Source of the DNA: a virus
Length of the DNA stretch: 64,000 nt
Virus record (IMG/VR): IMGVR_UViG_3300013132_000041
Coordinates: 1 to 64,000 of that record
Strand: one strand, 5' to 3'
Each line of letters starts with the position of its first letter. Within the stretch, counting starts at the first letter, position 1. The position numbers and the translations under genes are program-made. This document shows, in pieces, positions 21,080-27,782 of the stretch. Under the pieces are notes generated by a model, which was not told the origin of the DNA, did no database searches, and worked only from the letters and a program-made list of their open reading frames with translations.

Positions 21080-21916
21080 ATGGAAAAAATTTTAATTATG
21101 GGGCTACCTGGTTCCGGAAAAACATATTTTGCTAATCTTTTAAAAAAATTTTTAGAAACTTATGGGTACAGAGATTTATCCTCAATTGGAGATGTTCCTT
21201 ATCCAAAGATGAATGCAAGAGTAGATTGGTTTAATGGTGATGATGTAAGAAGAAAATTTAATGATTGGGATTTTTCTAAGGAAGGAAGAATACGACAAAG
21301 TATTAGAATGTTTGAATTTGCTCTAACTTCTAATTGTGAATATGTAATATGCGATTTTGTAGCTCCTATGCCAGAAATGCGAAATAATTTTAAAGCAGAT
21401 TGGACTATCTGGATGGATACCATAGACTCAGGTAGATTTGACGATACTAATAAATTATTCGTAGCACCAGATATGTATGATTTTAGAATTACAGAGCAAA
21501 ATGCCGAGCATTGGGCTCCTATTGTAGGTAAAATGATTCTTGATAATCAAAGACGTCCTGTGTTTGATTGGAAAAAAGAAACAGTACAGATGCTGGGGCG
21601 CTGGCAACCCTGGCATGCGGGACATAGAGCTTTGTTTGAAAGAGCATTGGCAAAAACTGGACAGGTTTGTATAATGATACGAGATTGCCAAGGATGGAAT
21701 AATTCTAACCCATTTGAATTGAAAAAAGTGAAAGATTTTATTAAAAGAGATTTAGATCCGCTTTATCAAGGGCAGTATGAGATAGTTATAGTTCCCAATA
21801 TAGTTAATATTACTTATGGAAGAGATGTGGGATATACAATAGAACAAGAAGTATTTGATGAAAAAATACATTCTATATCAGCTACTAAAATAAGAAAACA
21901 AATGGGTCTAAAGTAA
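21080..21916 (+). CDS. Adenylylsulfate-kinase-like P-loop domain fused to an HxGH nucleotidyltransferase domain
   Basis: GLPGSGKT, NGDDVR...DFSKEGRIRQ, then GRWQPWHAGH...ISATKIR. Confidence 0.75.
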   Translation: MEKILIMGLPGSGKTYFANLLKKFLETYGYRDLSSIGDVPYPKMNARVDWFNGDDVRRKFNDWDFSKEGRIRQSIRMFEFALTSNCEYVICDFVAPMPEMRNNFKADWTIWMDTIDSGRFDDTNKLFVAPDMYDFRITEQNAEHWAPIVGKMILDNQRRPVFDWKKETVQMLGRWQPWHAGHRALFERALAKTGQVCIMIRDCQGWNNSNPFELKKVKDFIKRDLDPLYQGQYEIVIVPNIVNITYGRDVGYTIEQEVFDEKIHSISATKIRKQMGLK

Positions 21917-21922
21917 TAAATA
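21915..21922 (+). promoter_or_regulatory. Late promoter variant AATAAATA upstream of erpA-iscU-endolysin
   Basis: One mismatch to consensus, followed by GGAGG and ATG. Confidence 0.45.
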
Positions 21923-21940
21923 TTTCTATCCGGAGGAAGA

Positions 21941-22261
21941 ATGTTACAAGTTACAGACAAAGCGTATGACCAAATTAAGATGGTACAAATTGAAGAAAAC
22001 GATTCGTCACCTTTAAGAATTTTTGTACAAGGTGGAGGTTGTTCAGGTTTTTCTTACGGATTTACTTTTGATGAGAATCAAGCCGAAGATGACTTTATCT
22101 TTGAGAAAGAAGGTGTTAAAATATTAATAGATGCTATGTCGATGTCATATCTTGAGGGAGCAGAAATAGATTACAAAAAAGATTTAACTTCTGCACAGTT
22201 TGTAATAAAAAATCCTAACGCAACTAATACGTGTGGTTGCGGATCATCTTTTTCAGTTTAA
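21941..22261 (+). CDS. erpA: A-type Fe-S cluster carrier (ErpA/IscA)
   Basis: [21 protein letters not shown] and [14 protein letters not shown]. Confidence 0.9.
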   Translation: MLQVTDKAYDQIKMVQIEENDSSPLRIFVQGGGCSGFSYGFTFDENQAEDDFIFEKEGVKILIDAMSMSYLEGAEIDYKKDLTSAQFVIKNPNATNTCGCGSSFSV

Positions 22262-22648
22262 ATGGCATATTCAACACAAGTATTAGATCATTATGAAAAT
22301 CCTCGCAATGTGGGATCTTTCGCTAAAGAATTAAAGCGTATTGGGACAGGTATGGTGGGTGCCCCGGCATGTGGTGATGTGATGAAACTACAAATACAGG
22401 TTAACGAAGAAGGTATAATTACTGACGCTAAGTTTAAGACGTATGGATGTGGTTCAGCTATTGCAAGTAGCTCGTTAGTAACAGAATGGGTCAAAGGAAA
22501 AACACTTGATCAAGCAGGTGAAATTAAAAATGTACAAATTGCAGAAGAACTCGCGTTACCTCCAGTAAAGATCCATTGCTCAATTTTAGCAGAAGATGCA
22601 ATTAAGGCAGCTATAAAAGATTTTAAGGAGAAGCATAATGTCATTTGA
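22262..22648 (+). CDS. iscU: Fe-S cluster scaffold IscU
   Basis: DHYENPRNVG, GAPACGDVMKLQ, FKTYGCGSAIASSS, LPPVKIHCS. Confidence 0.97.
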   Translation: MAYSTQVLDHYENPRNVGSFAKELKRIGTGMVGAPACGDVMKLQIQVNEEGIITDAKFKTYGCGSAIASSSLVTEWVKGKTLDQAGEIKNVQIAEELALPPVKIHCSILAEDAIKAAIKDFKEKHNVI

Positions 22649-23270
22649 CTTCGATTTTACTGAGCATAAACTACAAAAATTAATTCCTCGAGTAAAAAAT
22701 ATAAGCGAATGGTACGAAGCTGTGTGCGATGCTCTTCCTCAATATCATATTAGTGATGTTGCTAGAGTTGCTGCATTTATTGCTCAGTGTGCACATGAGT
22801 CTGCAGGATTTACTGCACTATCAGAAAATTTAAATTATTCTGCTGATGGATTAAGAAAAATATTTCCAAAATATTTTCCTACTGCGGAAATGGCACAAGC
22901 ATATCATCGTCAACCTGAAAAGATAGCTAATAGAGTCTATTCTAATAGAATGGGCAATGGAGATGAGTCAAGCGGTGAAGGGTATAAATTTAGAGGCAGA
23001 GGATTAATTCAACTTACCGGTAAATCTAATTATTCCAGATGTTCTCAGTTCTTATTTGAGGATGATACTTTAATAAGAATGCCAGATGTTTTAGTTCAAC
23101 CCTATTATGCCTTGCATTCTGCCTGTTGGTTTTGGTATGCAAATAAATTAAATGAGCAGGCAGATGCTCAAGATATTAAAACTTTAACTAAGAAAATTAA
23201 TGGTGGATTTATAGGATTAGAAGATCGTATTAAACATTATAATCACGCTTTAGAAGTATTACAAGAATAA
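22638..23270 (+). CDS. GH19-family endolysin
   Basis: AAFIAQCAHES...ENLNYS...RGRGLIQLTGK.NY...INGG..GL.DR. Confidence 0.9.
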   Translation: MSFDFDFTEHKLQKLIPRVKNISEWYEAVCDALPQYHISDVARVAAFIAQCAHESAGFTALSENLNYSADGLRKIFPKYFPTAEMAQAYHRQPEKIANRVYSNRMGNGDESSGEGYKFRGRGLIQLTGKSNYSRCSQFLFEDDTLIRMPDVLVQPYYALHSACWFWYANKLNEQADAQDIKTLTKKINGGFIGLEDRIKHYNHALEVLQE

Positions 23271-23271
23271 T

Positions 23272-23931
23272 ATGCTATTTAATCATGTTACGGTGCCTAA
23301 TCTAGATTTAAAACAAGTCACAGAAGAATCGGGTAAAAGATTTTATCTAACACCCGAGGGCAACAAATACCCTTCTGTGACAACTATGCTTTCTTATTTT
23401 AGCAGGCAAGCTATAAATGAATGGAGAAATAAAATAGGGCACGAGGAAGCAAATAAAATATCCAGGGCAGCATCTACAAGAGGTACTAAAATACATTCCA
23501 TAGTAGAAAAATATCTAGCAAATCAAGATATGGAAATTGAAAATCCTGTCCATCTGGAGATGTTTAAATCTGTTCTGCCTTATTTAAACCATATAGATAA
23601 TATTCATTTACAAGAAAAATATTTGTATTCCGACCATTTAAGATTAGCTGGTACAGTAGATTGTATTGCTGAATACAAGGGTAAAATGAACGTGATAGAT
23701 TTTAAAACTTCATCTAAACCTAAAAGAGAAGATTGGATAGAAGGATATTTTGTACAAGCAACAGCATATGCCATTATGTTTGAAGAAAGATACAAGATTC
23801 CTGTTCCAAGAATTACTATTTTAATCGCTGTAGAAAATGATTATCCTCAGATTTTTCATAAGAAAAGAGACGATTTTGCTGGCAAATTACTAAAGATGCG
23901 CGACGATTACGAAAGATCAACTAAAGACTAG
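23272..23931 (+). CDS. PD-(D/E)xK exonuclease
   Basis: YPSVTT...RGT.IH...AGTVDCIA...IDFKTS...Q..AYA. Confidence 0.85.
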   Translation: MLFNHVTVPNLDLKQVTEESGKRFYLTPEGNKYPSVTTMLSYFSRQAINEWRNKIGHEEANKISRAASTRGTKIHSIVEKYLANQDMEIENPVHLEMFKSVLPYLNHIDNIHLQEKYLYSDHLRLAGTVDCIAEYKGKMNVIDFKTSSKPKREDWIEGYFVQATAYAIMFEERYKIPVPRITILIAVENDYPQIFHKKRDDFAGKLLKMRDDYERSTKD

Positions 23932-23957
23932 ACTTTATAGTCTTATTCTTATATAAT
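23929..23957 (+). promoter_or_regulatory. Sigma70-type promoter for ahpC
   Basis: TAGACT (23929-34), 17-nt spacer, TATAAT (23952-57). The inverted repeat AAGACTA/TAGTCTT overlaps the -35. Confidence 0.6.
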
Positions 23958-24014
23958 ATGTCTATGCGAAGATACCCTCCCCTAAAAACATTTAAGCTAA
24001 AAAGGAAAAAACAA

Positions 24015-24590
24015 ATGCTGACTGTTGGTGATAATCTAGAACCGTTTAATATCGTTGGTGTAAAGCCCGGTGCTCTTACACCCGAAGGTGCCTTTGAGGA
24101 CCTAACGGAACAATCTTTCCCTGGTAAGTGGAAAGTGATTATGTTCTATCCAAAATCATTTACGTTCGTATGCCCTACAGAAATCGTAGGATATGATAAA
24201 TTAAATGGTGATTTTAAAGATCGCGATACAATCTTATTAATGGGTTGTACAGATAATGAATATTGTTTATTAGCCTGGAAAAATCATCACGAAGATTTAA
24301 AGAAAACTAATTCATGGATGTTTGCAGATTTAATTAAACAATCGCAAGATTATAATAACGATCGCTATGTCGAGAATGGTTTGGCTGCTACGTTAGGTAT
24401 TTTGGATAAAGTAAATGGTGTACCTTTAAGAGCTACCTTCATTGTTGATCCAAATAATGTTATACAACACATAACGGTTAATAACTTAAATGTTGGTAGA
24501 AGCCCAGAGGAGACACTTCGTATTCTTGATGCATGTCAAACTGGAGAATTGTGCGCCTGTTCTAGGGAGATAGGTGAGGAAACACTATAA
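24015..24590 (+). CDS. ahpC: Peroxiredoxin AhpC
   Basis: FYPK.FTFVCPTE, RATFIVDP, VGR...E.LR.LDA.QTGELC. Start taken at MLTVGD after AAGGA. Confidence 0.92.
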   Translation: MLTVGDNLEPFNIVGVKPGALTPEGAFEDLTEQSFPGKWKVIMFYPKSFTFVCPTEIVGYDKLNGDFKDRDTILLMGCTDNEYCLLAWKNHHEDLKKTNSWMFADLIKQSQDYNNDRYVENGLAATLGILDKVNGVPLRATFIVDPNNVIQHITVNNLNVGRSPEETLRILDACQTGELCACSREIGEETL

Positions 24591-24594
24591 CCCG

Positions 24595-24646
24595 TTGGGC
24601 AGACATAAATAAATAATTTAAACAGGAAAAATATATGTCTGCCCAA
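24595..24646 (+). promoter_or_regulatory. 13-bp hairpin sequestering the endonuclease start codon, with an embedded late promoter
   Basis: TTGGGCAGACATA (24595-607) pairs with TATGTCTGCCCAA (24634-646). CATAAATA lies at 24604-611 and the ATG at 24635 is in the stem. Confidence 0.8.
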
Positions 24647-25390
24647 ACACCGTATACTTATTATGTTTATCACAAACCAACTGGATTGAAGTATTATGGT
24701 TCCAAATATGCTAAAAATAGTAATCCAAGTTTATTTTGGAAAAAAGATGGATACTTTACTTCTTCAGTTAAAATTCATAAATTAATCCAAGAATATGGGA
24801 CTGATTCTTTTTTTGCCTCTGTAAGAAAAAAATTTAAAACACCGCAAGAAGCTTTAGATTATGAATATAGATTTTTGAAAAAAGTTAATGCTTTAAAAAA
24901 ATCAGATTGGCTTAATAAGAATATGGGTGGTAAAAAGTTTAGCAATTATGGACCAGCGAGCGAAAAAGCTCTTTTATCGCAAAAAAATAAAAAACAAACT
25001 AAAGAGAGTAACATTAAAAGATCATTAACTTTGAAAAATAGAAAAAAATCTGAAGAAACTAAATTATTAATGTCTTTGGGCCAATTAAGTAGACCCAAAG
25101 AACAAGAAGAAATTCGTAGAAATAAAATACGAAGTAAGGCAATAGGTAGATTACATAGTGATATTACTAAGCAAAAACTTTCTATATTAGTTGCCAATAC
25201 TAAATGGATCAATGATGGCGTGTATCATAAAAAGGTTAATAAAGAGGATTTAAATAGTTATTTGAATTTGGGTTGGAAACAAGGAAGAATTTTAGAAAAA
25301 GTAATTTGCCCTCATTGCAATATATCCGGGGCAAAACACAATTTAGTTAGATATCATTTTGATAGATGTAAAAATAAGGATGATGAATGA
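24635..25390 (+). mobile_element. Free-standing GIY-YIG (Seg-like) homing endonuclease gene
   Basis: YTYYVYHKPTGLKYYGS...GYFTSS...EYG...F; basic NUMOD-like repeats; KWINDG; C-terminal CPHC...H...C finger. Sits between ahpC and ahpD. Confidence 0.75.
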
Positions 25391-25899
25391 GTTGGGTTGA
25401 TAATTTAAAAGAAACTATTCCAGATTATGCCAAGGATACAAGACTTAATCTGGATGCAGTAATTAAGCGTAGCAGCATTCCAGCCAATGAGGCTGAAGCC
25501 ATTGCTGTTGCAGCAGCATTTGCCACCGGTAACGTTAAATTTTGGACTTGGTTACATAGTGTGATTTTAGAACGTAATGAAGCAGATGCTGCACTTACGG
25601 CAGGAAGTATAATGTCAATGACAAATACTTGGTACCCCTATGTCGAAATGGCGGAAGATGATAACTTAAAAGGTCTTCCAGCGCAGTTAAGAATGAATGC
25701 TATTGCTAGTCATGGCGGTACTACTAAGGCGAGGTTTGAAGCATACAGTCTAGCCGCTAGTATTGTGGGTAAGTGTCATTTTTGCGTCAAAGCTCATTAC
25801 GAGACTTTGAAAAAAGAAGGCTATACTACAGAACAGTTACGAGACATTGGCCGTATCGCTGCTGTAATTACTGCAGTATCTAGAGTCTTGAATAACTAA
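25387..25899 (+). CDS. ahpD: Alkylhydroperoxidase AhpD
   Basis: PDYAKD.RLNL, M.M.N.WY, LAASIVGKCHFCVKAH. Confidence 0.92.
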   Translation: MSWVDNLKETIPDYAKDTRLNLDAVIKRSSIPANEAEAIAVAAAFATGNVKFWTWLHSVILERNEADAALTAGSIMSMTNTWYPYVEMAEDDNLKGLPAQLRMNAIASHGGTTKARFEAYSLAASIVGKCHFCVKAHYETLKKEGYTTEQLRDIGRIAAVITAVSRVLNN

Positions 25900-25907
25900 T
25901 ATATATT

Positions 25908-26320
25908 CATATAGTTGTATGAAGCAAGCAGAAACGTGCTGCGGACGGCGGTTCGATTCCGCCCAGGTCCACCAAAAAATAATTCGAGGAGTCAGTTATG
26001 GAGTCAGTTATGGAGTCAGTTAAAAAATTTATAGATGAACAATTAAACAAGGTTGATATTGATAAACAACGAGAGTTGATTATAAAACAGTCTTGCGAAA
26101 TTGAGCAACAAACTGAAAGAATCTTAAAGTTATTTTCTGAGGGGCCTGATTCTGGTTTCGACGGGGCAAATAGTAAGTAAGTGGACAACTCGTAAGGCGA
26201 AGGACGTAATCCTAGCAAACTAAATAGACGCAAACAACGACTATTTCTATCAGGATCTTAAGCTAGTCGCTTAAACCTGACGGGGTTTTGGCAGTTCACC
26301 TTGTTACCAAACGAACTGCC
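25908..26320 (+). ncRNA. ssrA: Circularly permuted (two-piece) tmRNA: acceptor piece ~25908-25974, intervening segment 25975-26141, coding piece 26142-~26320
   Basis: The T-arm GGCGG-TTCGATT-CCGCC followed by CAGGTCC-A-CCA ends at 25974. GGGCCTGATTCTGGTTTCGACGGG starts at 26142 and pairs 7 bp with it, including the G3-U alanine determinant. AGTTGT pairs with ACAACT. The tag frame 26230-26274 reads ANNDYFYQDLKLVA*. Outer ends are approximate. Confidence 0.93.
25998..26180 (+). CDS. 60-aa helical ORF starting in the tmRNA intervening segment and reading into the coding piece
   Basis: GAGGAG at 25986-91, ATG at 25998; 12-nt repeat GGAGTCAGTTAT in about 3 copies. Confidence 0.5.
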   Translation: MESVMESVKKFIDEQLNKVDIDKQRELIIKQSCEIEQQTERILKLFSEGPDSGFDGANSK

Positions 26321-26339
26321 TCACACACAAGGAGATTCA

Positions 26340-26882
26340 ATGAAAAAGACAATTTTAGCATTAGCTTTAGCAACAGCTGCGGCAACTTCTCAAGCTGCTA
26401 ATTATGTAAGTTTCGATGTAGATCAAGTTAAGGATACTCGCAACAAAGCAGAAAGTACTGCACAGTATTTCCGTGCCGGTAAAGATATGGCTGGACTTAA
26501 TTTGGATCTTCAGGTTCGAACAGCAGTTTTTGATAAAGGCGGAATGCTTAATAGTGTCGAAGTTACTGCAGGTAAAAACATTGCCGGTCTTAATGCATTC
26601 GGCGGTGTAGGTTATGACAATGGTTTTAATGGTAAAGTCAACGGTGATTTTACTTATGGCTTAGTCGGTCTCAAAGCAGGAGTTCCTATTGGTCCTCTAT
26701 TCGCTTTTACTGGTGTTAAGACTCGAGTAAATTGGGACACTGATAATCCAAAGCAGACTGTTACTTGGTTAGGCGCCAGTATGCCTCTCAACAAAGCAGT
26801 TAGTGTTAGCGCCAGCATGAGTCGTTCTTTACAGGACATTCAAGAAAAAGCAGTTGGTGTTGGGCTACGTGTAGCCTATTAA
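26340..26882 (+). CDS. Outer-membrane beta-barrel protein with signal peptide
   Basis: MKKTILALALATAAATSQA signal peptide, amphipathic strands, C-terminal VGVGLRVAY beta-signal; AAGGAG RBS. Confidence 0.75.
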   Translation: MKKTILALALATAAATSQAANYVSFDVDQVKDTRNKAESTAQYFRAGKDMAGLNLDLQVRTAVFDKGGMLNSVEVTAGKNIAGLNAFGGVGYDNGFNGKVNGDFTYGLVGLKAGVPIGPLFAFTGVKTRVNWDTDNPKQTVTWLGASMPLNKAVSVSASMSRSLQDIQEKAVGVGLRVAY

Positions 26883-26945
26883 AATTAAGGTTCGGTGGAA
26901 CCTTTAAATCCACCATTTTTCACACACAAACACAAGGAGTAGTAA

Positions 26946-27215
26946 ATGAGTAATATGTCACCGTTTGAAATTAGGTTAGAGCTTCTTAAAATGGCTCAGA
27001 CCATGCTTGAGCAAGATTATTATGGTAAACGTGAATCTATTTCCAATGACTGGACTACTAAAGTAGAAAATGCCCGTCACGCTGGAACACAACCACCAGA
27101 TCATCCTGGATATCCTCATTATCCAACAGAAGCTGAAATCATTAATAAAGCTCAGATTCTTAATGGTTTTGTATCACAACTTCCTCTCACCTTAGAAAAA
27201 TCTTCTAAGAAATAA
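26946..27215 (+). CDS. Conserved phage hypothetical protein (PFEIRLELLKMA family)
   Basis: Strong RBS; 89 aa; YPT..EII.KA..LNGFVS. Confidence 0.7.
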   Translation: MSNMSPFEIRLELLKMAQTMLEQDYYGKRESISNDWTTKVENARHAGTQPPDHPGYPHYPTEAEIINKAQILNGFVSQLPLTLEKSSKK

Positions 27216-27220
27216 TTTAT

Positions 27221-27235
27221 GGGGGCTCTGCCCCC
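27221..27235 (+). terminator. GC hairpin GGGGGC-TCT-GCCCCC (terminator or processing site)
   Basis: 6-bp GC stem right after a stop codon; weak U tract. Confidence 0.45.
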
Positions 27236-27247
27236 TTAGGAATTTTA

Positions 27248-27781
27248 ATGGACAAGTTACTAAAGATTTTCTTAGTATGCTTTGCTGCTGTTATATTAGG
27301 TAATTTTTTCTATAAGTTTGTAGAATATAAACTTGAATCATTAAAAAATAATACTAAAGTACAAACTAAATATACTACAATGGCAGAAAGAGAAAAACAA
27401 CTAGAATGCTTGGCATATAATATTTACTATGAGGCAGCTAAAGAATCGTTTGAGGGTAAAGTAGCAGTTGCACAAGTTACATTAAATAGAGCAGCATCGG
27501 GATTATTTCCAAGTGACGTTTGTAAAGTAGTATATCAAAAAAATGTTTTTATGGAAAAAGTAGTATGTCAATTCAGTTGGTATTGTGAAGCAGTAACAAG
27601 AAAAAGACCATTACACCAAGAAGCATTAAATGAATGTTATGGTGTAGCTAAAAAGGTTTTGCTTGAAGGTTTTAGATTAGATGTGCTTGAAGAGGCAATG
27701 TATTATCATGCAAACTATGTCAACCCTAAATGGAACAAACAAAAAATTGCTACCATAGGTAACCATATTTTTTACAAATGA
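27248..27781 (+). CDS. SleB/CwlJ-like cell wall hydrolase with an N-terminal membrane anchor
   Basis: CLAYNIYYEA..E...G..AVAQVTLNR...FP..VC.VVYQ...QFSW...YHA.YV.P.W...IGNHIFY. Confidence 0.88.
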   Translation: MDKLLKIFLVCFAAVILGNFFYKFVEYKLESLKNNTKVQTKYTTMAEREKQLECLAYNIYYEAAKESFEGKVAVAQVTLNRAASGLFPSDVCKVVYQKNVFMEKVVCQFSWYCEAVTRKRPLHQEALNECYGVAKKVLLEGFRLDVLEEAMYYHANYVNPKWNKQKIATIGNHIFYK

Positions 27782-27782
27782 T

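Noticed and set aside
23272-23931. Cas4 / CRISPR adaptation gene
   Set aside because: It lacks the four-Cys Fe-S motif and any CRISPR context; it is an ordinary T4-like PD-(D/E)xK exonuclease.
25941-25974. Stand-alone tRNA gene or attP-like tRNA 3' fragment
   Set aside because: No D or anticodon arm lies upstream. The complementary acceptor strand and a tag frame lie downstream, so this is the acceptor piece of a permuted tmRNA.
25907-26233. 108-aa minus-strand ORF
   Set aside because: It is antisense to the tmRNA and has no recognisable motif; it is most likely incidental.
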